DNA from: Phoronis australis
Lineage: Eukaryota > Animalia > Phoronida
Direction: 5' to 3'
DNA: 64,000 nucleotides
Assembly (NCBI GenBank): GCA_002633005.1
Contig: NMRA01000385.1
Location: 313,839 to 377,838, forward strand
Part shown: positions 36,301 to 45,900 of the stretch, piece after piece
Numbering within the stretch: position 1 is the first letter of the stretch
Layout of the letters: every line of letters starts with the position of its first letter
The notes under the pieces: model-generated
Told to the model about the DNA's origin: nothing
The model's database searches: none
Seen by the model: the letters and a program-made list of their open reading frames with translations, nothing else
Program-made: the position numbers and the translations under genes

Positions 36301-38617
36301 TGATGAAGAGTTCCAGAACAATGCATTAGGCTAAAATACACAAGCACGGGTTTGTGTTAGAGAGATCAAGTCAGAGAGATCAAGTCAGTTCAAGAGGAGA
36401 TCAAGTCAGTTCAAGAGAAGATCACGTTGGGAGATCAAGTCAGTTCGAGAAAGTTTATCAGGAGAATTACAGTTGAGTTGCAGTGAAGAGAATCAGCAGT
36501 TACTGCGATAGTCAATGGAGAGCCAGCTATAGAGACAGCAGGTTATTGAATCGACGAATGTAACAGTTGCTGAACGTGCCTCAGAAGTTCATCACAAGTC
36601 AAGGCTTCGCAGCACTGGCTGGAGCATTACGTCGGACGTTTTGTTTGAGTAGGCTTGTGAACATACGGTTGGGATTAATAAGGGATTAACTCGTACCAGT
36701 CTGCAGTCAATCGTCGTACCGAAAGCTATTAGCACCGGTCTGTAACAACCTGCGCCCACCCACACATGGGGGAAAACTTGACACTCCGCAAAACCTTATG
36801 GACAAGTCTGTAGTTAGCCAAATATCTTCAGAAATGTAAATTTTTAACTCAGTTAAAGTTGAAAGTGTGTAGAGTTTAATTTTTCCTTTTATACCAGTCT
36901 GCCATTAATTTGGTCACCTGTCTATGTGTATTTATTAAAATTTAGCAAAAAAGAAAGTTATACCGTATACATAGGAAAACAACAATATTAGCAACACTTG
37001 TAAATTTTGTTTGTTGTTAACTCTCAAGAAAAAGTCTTATGACTTACATTTTTTTTAATTTTCATTTTTATGCGGTTTTTGAATATTTTCATCAAAGTCA
37101 AAAAGCCCTATTTTGATATCCCCTCATGTAAAAGTGGAACATTTTAAGAACTATTGTTTACATGTTAAAGAGCAGTTCATGAAAGCACAGTACCTGAACG
37201 TTTTATATGAATCCCATCAGTCCTATCTGAGATTGTTATGAAGTCAATGAATCAAGTTTGGAACATTTTTATTATGAGTCCTACCTATGTTCTTCAGTAT
37301 CACAAATGTCGTGGTATATATATTTTAGGGTTTCTTCCTTACTTTTGGTTATGATTTGTCTGATACACAAAAAACATAAAGCAGTCTAATCATGAGAGAC
37401 TTTCTCGACTAGCCTGTACAAATACGCCAGATAGTTGAAATACCTGAGTGCTTGAAAACTCCAGTCCCCGTAACTGATTCACTCATTTTGTAGTTCCATT
37501 ATAGCCCCCATATAAAAATCATGTGTATTATTTTCCCACACAACATGAATGTTTGAATGTAGTGATGAGATACCAAACATGTGTGAAGCCTGAATTTGTG
37601 ACTGGAAAGTTGCATTTCTCAGACTTAAAACCTAAATTGTTCTAACCAGAATAAGGGGCTCGTAAGTTTACCAAACGTTGTAAATGTGATCTACACTCTT
37701 TGTCTGAAACAATCGTTACTTCAACTTTACTTTGGTCACAGTTTCTGAAGACAACTTGTGAAGGTGCTAGCTATAAAAACATTATCCACTCTTCACCTTA
37801 AAAGTGCAGTATTGCATCTGCAGTAACATACCTCTGACTCTCTGATATGTAGCCACAACCAGACTCAAGTTCTTTGATAAAATGGGACCCAGGAGAAAAC
37901 AATAAGAATGCCTTGTCACATGAATTCTATAGCTAATGTTACTTGTATGTCACAGGACAATACTGTACTGAGAAATTTATCTTCTTTTACCTTACTAGAA
38001 GAACTATGGAAAATGGCATATTATCTTTTCTATTCTTGACCAATTCTCTTGCATGTTTTAGGAATGAGGCTATTGAAGAGGAGGCGGAGATAGATCAGTT
38101 GGACTTGCCAGCAGATTCTGTTGATAACTCACGTCGGCGATCACCCTCACCTGTGGCGTGGGAGGAGGTTGAGAATATCAAGGATACCCCAAGGTCGATG
38201 AGAGAGCGCACCCCACGTAGTTGGGAGAAGGGCGGTAGCCCACGTGCTAGCCCCAGTCCACGAGCTTCGCCGAGACTGCCGCGCAACAAGGTGACACCAT
38301 CCCCAGTTGCAAGTAGGAAGGCATCACCTTCGGCACAAACCTCATCTGTCGATTATATATGTCCGTCTCCTGCTGGCGACGACAACACTTTAGATGGGTC
38401 TGGTGTGGCCAGTGAGACCAATAATCAAGGCAGTCGTCCCAGCAGCAGCCATCGCTGGAAAAAGGACCCGAACGAACAGTCCACAAGCAAATGGTTCGAA
38501 CCTTCAATGCCTGGTGAGAACATGTACAATCACCCGGGCCTCAATTCCAGTCACCGCCGACGTTCGTTGTCTATGGGCGACCTGTCAGCCATTGAACGTA
38601 ATTGGTCTGAGGTCTAA
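171..38617 (+). CDS. Multi-exon gene (5'-incomplete): large single-pass membrane protein with cadherin/Big_9-like Ig region, Cys-rich repeat array, EGF-like domains, TM helix and cytoplasmic tail
   Basis: 14 exons with AG/GT boundaries whose phases chain without a stop: 171-362, 2263-2355, 7513-7660, 13074-13210, 14712-14815, 16773-16931, 17898-18111, 20449-20591, 21142-21445, 22270-23430, 25766-25988, 26724-26774, 30420-30650, 38062-38617. Total 3716 nt = 2 nt + 1238 codons including the TAA. Confidence 0.88.
559..726. mobile_element. Short hAT-like MITE (CAGGGGCGGAT...ATCTGCCACTG)
   Basis: Inverted termini; close copy at 44599-44738 sharing GAACTGCCAAATGGAATCTGGGAGAATTTTA; related ends at about 9863-10180. 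Confidence 0.7.
1873..2198. mobile_element. TTAA-flanked MITE with imperfect ~45-bp inverted termini
   Basis: TTAA at 1869-1872 and 2199-2202; AGCGGCTGTGAACC...TCAAAAA pairs imperfectly with TTTTTGAAG...GGTTCATGGCAGCC. Confidence 0.55.
2263..2355 (+). CDS. Membrane-protein gene exon with RVKR furin-type site
   Basis: Acceptor ccattctttcag, donor GTAGGT, phase 1-1; encodes RPNDTSISLGSSRVKRSVQSINIANGTILVQG. Not in the ORF track. Confidence 0.8.
2939..6542 (+). mobile_element. Degenerate, internally deleted Ty3/Gypsy LTR retrotransposon (intronic)
   Basis: LTRs 2939-3143 and 6373-6542 (TG...CA); CCTAT target duplication at 2934-2938 and 6543-6547; TGGTGGC primer-binding site at 3144; polypurine tract at 6364-6372; frameshifted RT (TFQTPFGRYCF..LPFGL), RNase H (CDASFQGIGAALLQ, ERELLAIVFG) and integrase (QGNGFVE) remnants in RT-RH-INT order. 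Confidence 0.95.
7513..7660 (+). CDS. Membrane-protein gene exon (GTGGIMYGEL...RRMMR)
   Basis: Acceptor tgttctctccag, donor GTATTT, phase 1-2. Confidence 0.85.
8968..9190 (+). pseudogene. Degenerate THAP-domain transposon fragment
   Basis: Reads MGKQC*YGVCSTDS, then in shifted frames IKL.G, RPHEQLN and KHKYISSK; contains stops and frameshifts. Confidence 0.5.
10196..11512 (+). mobile_element. Non-autonomous Kolobok-type DNA transposon with ~315-bp inverted termini and THAP remnant
   Basis: TTAA on both sides (10192-10195, 11513-11516); AGG...CCT ends; broken THAP from ATG 10462 (MPHCCCMPGC...RFPKD...VCGKHF...LKKGTIPS), followed by EPKF..LELFGRCQVC...WEC..EH transposase-like remnant. Confidence 0.85.
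13074..13210 (+). CDS. Membrane-protein gene exon (VYKVVKSMFLSG...LLYNDP)
   Basis: Acceptor tttcttttcag, donor GTAAGA, phase 2-1. Confidence 0.87.
14712..14815 (+). CDS. Membrane-protein gene exon (GDGGGKVKEACESC...TITVK)
   Basis: Acceptor ctattctag, donor GTATGT, phase 1-0. Confidence 0.87.
16773..16931 (+). CDS. Membrane-protein gene exon with RRKR furin-type site
   Basis: Acceptor catctttcag, donor GTACAT, phase 0-0, 53 codons LCDTWTQPGS...EARRKRNV...FNDKPYLTNAQ. Not in the ORF track. Confidence 0.85.
17898..18111 (+). CDS. Membrane-protein gene exon, cadherin-like/Big_9-type Ig repeat
   Basis: Acceptor ctgttcccacag, donor GTATGT, phase 0-1; motif F.V.ED....I.L...D.EGD...I...P.HGT......Y.P..DF...D. 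Confidence 0.88.
18347..20031 (+). mobile_element. Second THAP-bearing TTAA-type (Kolobok-like) element
   Basis: Inverted termini GGA(T/G)AATGCCACCC flanked by TTAA and CTAA; ORF 18508-18795 has THAP motifs CIVPACSN, FRLP, W, VCG, then a frameshift; internal ~55-bp tandem duplication at about 19450-19552. Confidence 0.7.
20449..20591 (+). CDS. Membrane-protein gene exon with cadherin-like linker VNDNDEP
   Basis: Acceptor gattgcag, donor GTGAGT, phase 1-0; DITPNMVYTNISIHLVNDNDEPILYF...SNYD. Confidence 0.85.
21142..21445 (+). CDS. Membrane-protein gene exon, second cadherin-like repeat
   Basis: Acceptor ccttgtttcag, donor GTTTGT, phase 0-1; contains YDVDAN and P.NYYG...V.AKDQD motifs. Confidence 0.87.
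22270..23430 (+). CDS. Membrane-protein gene large exon: EGF-like domain interrupted by Cys-rich GNC repeats
   Basis: Acceptor ttttattgcag, donor GTAAGA, phase 1-1, 387 codons; starts NPCVHGNC and ends GYSCACELGYTG. Confidence 0.93.
25766..25988 (+). CDS. Membrane-protein gene exon: truncated Ca-binding-type EGF plus transmembrane helix
   Basis: Acceptor cccctttgcag, donor GTATGT, phase 1-2; EVDECASNPC...YYEC, then hydrophobic GVGAGVGVLGVILLVVIIVVTVALC and basic RRR. Confidence 0.92.
26724..26774 (+). CDS. Membrane-protein gene 51-nt juxtamembrane exon
   Basis: Acceptor gtttgttttag, donor GTAAGT, phase 2-2; QIPRKVEDCTKLSESDS. It is symmetric, so the frame does not require it. Confidence 0.7.
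28000..29530. repeat. Highly degenerate tandem array (possibly a Helitron-associated non-autonomous element)
   Basis: Motif like GTGCCCCTAGTGGCAATTTT recurs near 28167, 28318, 28582, 28730, 29282 and 29428. Confidence 0.55.
30420..30650 (+). CDS. Membrane-protein gene cytoplasmic exon
   Basis: Acceptor tatttaacag, donor GTGAGT, phase 2-2; NSSGSSTVSLTRIDEKG...GYANKSY...KKDK. Confidence 0.87.
31892..32620 (+). repeat. Direct repeat pair (~200 bp; 31892-32095 and 32411-32620) with a third partial copy at ~1525-1690
   Basis: Shared GCTTTTTTATTGCCCATCTTACCAGAGATTACC...TGTATTAGTCATAATAA(A/G)TGACC...GGGACAT. Confidence 0.85.
33603..35337. mobile_element. Tc1/mariner-superfamily-type non-autonomous element spanning an assembly gap
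   Basis: Perfect 25-bp TIR CGGTAAAGTCGCGTGATTTTCGGAC, TA on both sides, and repeated subterminal TTTCGGAC/ATTCGGAC motifs. Confidence 0.85.
34872..35028. other. Assembly gap (N run)
   Basis: Run of N bases. Confidence 1.
35996..36783 (+). mobile_element. Probable solo LTR
   Basis: TGTCA...TGACA termini; internal tandem repeats (~65-bp duplication at 36080-36200; GAGATCAAGTCAG x4 at 36362-36445). The flanks CTCGA/CTCCG match only partly as a target duplication. Confidence 0.55.
38062..38617 (+). CDS. Membrane-protein gene terminal exon, Ser/Pro/Arg-rich tail ending WSEV
   Basis: Acceptor gcatgttttag, phase 2 matches the upstream donor, TAA at 38615-38617. Confidence 0.88.
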
Positions 38618-39810
38618 TGTTTACTAAGTTAAGCCACTTGCAATACGCACTCAATTCCCTGTTCGGTGTGAAACATTGGTTTTTTAATTCATTTATAGCA
38701 CACAGTTTTTGGTCCATGATATTGTATTATTATCTGAATGATAAACAAGCTTAGTGGGTTTAAGATCACTTTTTATGAATTGATAACTGATTGCCCCTTT
38801 GGCACCATTTAACCTGTTTAAAGCAATAGAAGTGAAATTTTGCTTTTCCATAAGTTTGTCTCTGGTAGAATCGCATTAAGACTTCATTAGGATGCAAGTG
38901 CTGGATATGACAGCGTTTTCCCGTTCAGTGACTTTACCAGACAAAGGGGGTTCTGAGCGTGTAATCTCATCTAGCTTCTTTGTTAACTGTCAAACAAAGT
39001 CTTTTGTCTGTTATGACAACAGGCAGGCCAATTATCTACCATGGTTGTTGCAGACCACGTGTGAACACCATCGACTCAGAGCGAATTGGTACATTCAGAA
39101 AGAATAGATTATCGTAACTTCGGTTGCCATTTGCCGATTTTTGTGATTCAAAAACTAAACATGATCACCATTAGACGAGGATTTCAGAAATGCTATTGGT
39201 TTATGTTCAAATATGTTATAAGTTAACTTTTATTTTTAACAGCTCAGCCCAGTCAGGCTAGATACGATCTTTTTGAAGATTAGAACAATTATCGAACAAA
39301 AGAGAGCTGGCCCTCCAACCACGAATGCCAGAATGGAGGTAATCAGTTCTGTAAGATATTGGCTACAGGGGTAAACTTCCCAACTTGTTGTTGGGCTATA
39401 GAATCGAACAAGTTAGGAGCAACGAAAACGCTGTAATGACACCATTCCTTTTAGGGAGTCTGCACAAAAATCATTTTTTGTGAAACAGTACAATTGGAGA
39501 GGAGAGTAGCTTTGGAGATAGTTTTGGGTAAAGGTAGCCTTTTACCTCCTACCAAAGGTTTTTAAAGATTTTTTGATTTTTTATATTTTAATTGGACTTT
39601 CTTTGATATTTCTTTTACACTCAGTTTTCATGTTCTTGATCTTGTTTTTGTGTTGTCAAAAGCTAATTTAAAGGTGTACTTTTGTGGTTAAATAGTCTAC
39701 TCAAAATTTGTAATTTGACGTAATTAATTTTATATCTGAGAGATGATCTTCTTTAGACCAGGCCAAGGTGAATTTATCAACTAGTGTATGTCATATCTGA
39801 AATTGACCAT

Positions 39811-40439
39811 GAGCCAGTTTCCTGAAAAAGGACTCAAGATGCAGATCAAAAGTTCGTCTAAGACCGAAAATTGGACTAAGTTAAGATCGAAGACGAAAAT
39901 TCATTCAAGACTTTCATGAAGCCAAGTCCGTTTTTGGTCTTGAATATTTAACTTAGACAGGTGAGCATACAAACTGCACTTTTGCCTCCTGTTGCTAATT
40001 CACAAAATTAAACAAGGCAGTTTCAAGAATAATCTTGGTGTTGACAGTCTAAATGGGGATTCATCGGTCACACTATGGATTTTGTTTGTATGAAAATACC
40101 CCATTATGGCTGGCTGGAAAATATTATTTCACATGTGCAGCTAAGTCGCACTACATGGTCTTTGTGAGTTTAAGCCTTGGTCCTTTTGCCAGTTCTCGAA
40201 TCGAAAACTGACGATCTTCAATGTGAAAATGTTCAGGGAAATTAGATTGTAAACAATATCAACGAATTTTGTTATTCAACAGATTACAGTAATGCTCCAA
40301 ACATCCAGTCTTAAGTCTGCTCCGTAGCAGGACATTTGGTCGTAGCTTTGACCGATTTCGGTCTTAACAGTGAGGAACTTCATGAAGCCGACCTGCAACA
40401 TTTTCGTCTGAGGTTTGCCCAATTTCATGAAACGGGCCT
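39811..40439. mobile_element. PIF/Harbinger-like MITE downstream of the membrane-protein stop codon
   Basis: Imperfect TIR GAGCCAGTTTCCTGAAA / TTTCATGAAACGGGCCT. Confidence 0.45.
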
Positions 40440-40755
40440 TTTATCTGGGAATGTTGTCAGTGCCAGTAACAGCACTGTATCTGCATACAGATCGAGGTCG
40501 CTGCCTTGTGTTGTGAGATGGTGGGTTCTTTTGCGATTTTGAACCCAATCTAAATTTGGGAACTACAGAGACTGATAAAGTGTGGGATTGAACCTTTAAT
40601 CCTTTACAATTTGGCTTTGCACCTATGATTGTGCTCAGAACTTGTATGAACAGTAAGCAAGTTAAAGTTGTATCCTATGCTAGTTCATGTCTTTGCAACT
40701 TAATGTACACAATTGTGTGCTGAGGACAGCGAGTCTATTGCTTTTTGAGGACTTC

Positions 40756-40787
40756 GGTTAGGGTTGGGATTAGGGTTAGGGTTAGGG
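40756..40787 (+). repeat. Short interstitial (TTAGGG)n-like run
   Basis: GGTTAGGGTTGGGATTAGGGTTAGGGTTAGGG. Confidence 0.8.
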
Positions 40788-42935
40788 AGAAAAGAGTGGT
40801 ATACAGATGTTTTCAGTCTTATAGTCCTTTTGCTGATGTAATCAATTGGTGGTTGACTAATTTTGTCAAAAATATTTGGTGTGGAAATACAATTTGGAAT
40901 CTAACATAAATGCTTCATAAAGTTGTTTTAGGACAAGTCCTCATCGAATTTTTATCTTACATATTACACTTATGAATGGTTGAGGTGAACTCAAATGATA
41001 TTTTGTTTTAATAAAGCGTGGTTGGTACATAAAATAAACTTAGTTATTTTCTGCACTACTAATTTGCGCCGATATGGGTCGTTTTACAACTTGTTTTCAA
41101 ACACCAGAGGCGCGTTTGTCATGACAACAGCTACTGGGGCTAACTAAAGTGGTCAGATTACATCCGGTGGGAAAACTCTCTCGGGGTACTCGTCTATATT
41201 GTGACTGGAATGCTGTTGTGACATTAAAATTAGCATAACCACCATTTCAGAGCGTGGGCTTAAAAAAGGGCCTCACGTTTACTGGGAGCTTCCTTCAACC
41301 AGGGCTTTGTTCTATCCTCTTGGATGGGTAGTTCATAATCCTAAACATTTCGTAAGGAGTTTTCCGTCAGTGGGTGGTTTGATTAACCCCTTGAAATGGC
41401 GTAGAACGTGAAAAATATAATAAATTTCGTTACTCGAAGTGGTTCTCTGCTACTGAAGCAGAGGTCAAACTACTAGATTTTCACTGTTTGTTTGCAAAGA
41501 TTTTGACTTTGTTGATGTTAAAGAACTTTTAGTTTGGTTTCAAATTGCAAGAAAACGGTTTGTGAACAGCTCAAGTTGTCACTTCGTCGATTTTCCGGTT
41601 CTCCCGCTGGTACACGACAAAGCACCTCTCCTTCTTTGGTATGGCAAGATATTGACGTAGCACATTTCCCTTACATGAAAAATATGACCTTTGATGTAAA
41701 CACTAGATTTTTGAGCAGCAGCCAGTCCGTAAACGGTATTGTGATGAATAAGTTTTCATTTCGTCTGTATTTCAAAAAGAGTGAATCTGACAAATTTTTC
41801 TCGAAATTCTTGCAACATTCAAACTAAATAACTCTCACGTTAGCATCTCCAAGACTGAAGTAATCGAGTAGATTCGCCACGACCAGTCAAAAGATATTTT
41901 TTACAAGTTTTCGTGTAGGCATGCAACGCGAAAGCTCGTCAAAATATCTTTTAACAATTCCTGACGAAAGTGCCATGTTGCAACGTCTAGTACAAAGTAA
42001 TTCGCTTTCTCCTATGAGGAGATTTTCAGAAAAATCACAAAATCAACGATTTTTGAAATACGCGCGAAGTTAAATTATGATTACCACATACTTTCTAATC
42101 TCCCTCCCACTTATCAGAAATTTGCGCTGTCACATTTTCCGTACAAGGTACATATGCTGCGTCTATGTCTTGCCTTACTAATACCAAATAAGGAGACATG
42201 CTTTGCTTTGTGGTGGACGAAGTGGCGAGCAGTTGACAGGCCGTTTATTTGAAATTGTAACTACCGACAGCAAAATGTTTTGATATCAGCAGAAAATAAA
42301 ATTTTTTACGAACAAAACCTAAAAATACCTGGTGAGCAGGTTGAATTCTGTTTCAGTGGCAGAGTTTGCAATTTAGACTGTTTATCACGTTCCAGGCCTG
42401 TTTAAATTCTGTAAATTATTTTTTAAAATGATTTACATAATTCAAAAATACAGGCACATAACGCGCACTGTACTAGTATTGCATTTCCACGCATTTTTAG
42501 TATCCTGCTACCGATCTTCGTTTATTTTTCCTTTTATTAATTTCTAATAGTCATCGTTGCGTTTCACTTTTTAAATTTCATAATCCCCCTATGCGGTTTT
42601 CTGAGCTGTTCCACACAAGAACATGGCGGCGCATGAGTAGCGTCCCGTCTCGGTCTACTTTGTTAACAGCGTCCGATCTCAGTTTCTATATTTATGGCCC
42701 TGCTCGTGGAAAGCCAGCGTGAGGTCTTACAGACATCTGACAAATTCCCACTGGAGCTTCAGGTTAGCACATCGACGTCAAGGACAGTAGGAAAAATACA
42801 CATTGTTTTGCTTCTTGCGTTGCAAAATGTCCAACACCACAAATCTTTCATAAAATAGTGATAAGCAAGGTAAAACGAGAATAAAAATTTGGCTGCAGTG
42901 ACATGAAAGATTAGACAGAACATCAGATTTGCGTA

Positions 42936-42941
42936 TTTATT
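42936..42941 (-). promoter_or_regulatory. Candidate polyadenylation signal of the PAN-FReD gene
   Basis: AATAAA on the - strand about 57 nt downstream of the stop codon. Confidence 0.45.
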
Positions 42942-42997
42942 ATAATTCTGACCGCAGACATTACGCACATTACACTAAAGTTATCGGTAAAGTATTA

Positions 42998-45900
42998 TCA
43001 GGATATCTTCTTTATTCTTAAAACCGTTTGTTTTAACAGCATGTACGATGATAGCTTCATACAATATTCTTTATTCCCCGTGTCAAAAGAATTGTCGCAC
43101 GTGTCTCCGTCAGTCGGATAGAATGCGTTGGGATTGGTAACGGCACATTGTTCATACCACCACGCCCCCTGGTTATTGGCCGCGCAATTACCTGCTGATA
43201 GGTCGTCGTTGTCTGAATCGAATGTTGTGAAAGGGGTTACCAAATGTTGAGATAAGTAGTCGACGGTATCCACAGTGTAAAATGTCGACTCGTTCATCAA
43301 GAGGAATTTTGACGACGTCGCTGAGTTACTGAGCCCGTTCCAGAAGACCATATCCGTGTTCATTTTGTAATTCCCATCGGTCGTAATTTTATGAATGATT
43401 TCATTGCCAAGCCAGAACTCCCCTTTCAAGTTCCCAAATCCTTGCTTATAGTCTCGCCACGTGCGATTGAAGTCGACTGAGCCGTTGAATCTTTTCTGTA
43501 TGACGGTCCACCCATTGTCGCAAATGACGAGGACAGCCGAAGGGTGTCCCCGCGGTTGAATCAATCGGAATGCGTTGCTTTCACCCACTGAAAAAATGAA
43601 ACATCTCAAGTTTGATAGAGCCACTAATATGGTAAACAAGATTTTTTGATATAATTTAGGAACACCTGACACCACATGGAAGTCACATTTTTTCTTAAAA
43701 TTTCAAGAGAACAACAAAAATACGGTGATTTTGTTGGCAAGCAAAGATGCGTATTTGACAAGGGCACGTTTACATGTCTTGCATCTTAAAAGTTACTGAA
43801 TCCTTGTTTTCATGTCATTTTGACTGATTTTCTAATTGTTTGGAGTTGAAACTAGGCAAGATATTAATTGCAGCCTGAAGATGGAAAAACTCTGTAATCC
43901 TATCCTCAAATAGTAAAGTACACTTAGAAGATTTTTGCCTATCTAAAATAACTCTTAAAGACAATTCAGACTCACAAACCGTATATCGAAAAAAGTTTCA
44001 AAAGTTCTTAAATAAATAAAATTAAACTCATTGTTTGGAAAGATTGTCTTTGTTCTAATCTTCCTTAGTGTTTTTAGTTTCCAGTAGTATTGAGTAATGA
44101 ATTTTTGTTCTTCAAAACTGAATTGCTTTCTCTGATTCATGTGCACGTCATGACTGACGTACCCACGTTAAAAATAAGATGTAGGTAAATATGCAGAATC
44201 CCAGTGATCCACGGGAACTGACTTTAAACTCCAGGCGTTCAGGAAGTGTGCACATTTTTAGGACACACTATCCTTTTCCCCAACCAACAGAAACTGGACT
44301 ACCGGTGGTGTTTCAACTGGGCATTTTGAAACATCCCCAAAGGCACTATACCAGGGACTTTAGGGCCTCACCTTTTCAGAAAAAAAATCCTTCAAAGAAT
44401 GACGCGAATCTGGATTACAATAAAACGAATCTTGACCTTAGAACGAGCGCAGACGGCCGGTACGAGCTCCCTGTCTCAAGTGAATCATAGCTGAGCTGAC
44501 CAGCAACTAGCTTTGGCTCACACTGTTAGATCTCAGCTATAGCTACTTGAGGCAGCTCAGTTACTCAACTCTTAATGGCTGCATCCCCGGGATTGTCCCA
44601 GGGGCGGACCCAGGATTTTGAGGTGGGGGGGCAGGGCAGGGTTTTACCCGTAAGAAATTCGCACCCCGAACTGCCAAATGGAATCTGGGAGAATTTTATG
44701 AGGGCCATGGCCCCTTGGCACCCCTAAATCCGCCAGTGTGCCCCCCACCTAGGGCGGACGTGGGAGATTCGGTACAAATATGGCGGCATCGGGAGCACGG
44801 GGGTGAGGGGGAGTGGCGGAGGTGGTGACGATGGGGGAGTTGTTTGGCGACGCAGAAATGATTTGTGCCCCCCCCCACAATAATTTTTGCCTTCCTACGG
44901 GCCTGCTGATGTTGGAGAGGCAGGTTATCTATCTCTCAAGACAACTTGCAACAAACCAACAAGTAGAGGCAGCACAAAACTCGAGACCATCCCATACATT
45001 TGTAAATTAGTTAAAGTTTGATGTTGATTGACTGTGTGTAGTGTACGTACCCCCCAACCAGTACCATTTTTTACTGTTTACAAATGGAACACTGGTCCTA
45101 GCATTACTTTAACTATTTTGACCAACTGGTGAATGTATTGAAAACTAGGCAAATAGCACCAGTATAGTTTTCGAAAAAAGTAGTCATTTTGTTTTTTTAG
45201 GAATCATATTGCAAGACAAAAAAGTTCTCATTATACTGAGTTAAGATTTATAATGCATCATCATCATCTACAACAACTAGATCAGTACGGTAGTAATTTT
45301 TCTTACTTTAGTATGTGACACTTCTTTAATTTGATCAAAAACTTATTAAATTAAAGGGAACTTGTGGATTTTTGCATTATAGATGTGGGTTGTGACCACA
45401 AGTTTTAGTGTACGTACCCTTTTATACAACTGTGATGCATCAGGCCATAAAATTATATTCGACGGTTCTTGTCAAAAATATTTTAGATTAAAAACTTGGA
45501 ATGATGGTAATTTAAACATAACCCAGCTTTTATAGTTATATGACAGCTTTCATTTTTCACCAATAGTTGCCACAGAATATGGACCTTGATTGTGATTTCC
45601 CCTATTTGTTTGTTTGCACGATAGAAGACACAACTTGTGCCATTACAGTCCTCAGACACTGTACAATTCACATGAATTTATATTGTTTGTCTATTTTGTA
45701 CTTTTCTATAGTTAAGGGCTTCATAATTCAGTTGTTTTTGATAATGTGCTATGAGTTGGATTAGTGACATACTTTTGAAGTACTGTCCGACAAATAAAAA
45801 ATAGAATTACTTTCATGGCTGTCATTTTCTCACTATTTTTGCAACTTTGCATTTGAACAAATACAAACATGATTTTGTCAATTGACGAGCTTTTCTTAAA

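Noticed and set aside
41383-41400. piggyBac-like TTAA-CCC left end
   Set aside because: No matching GGG-TTAA right end or transposase remnant found.
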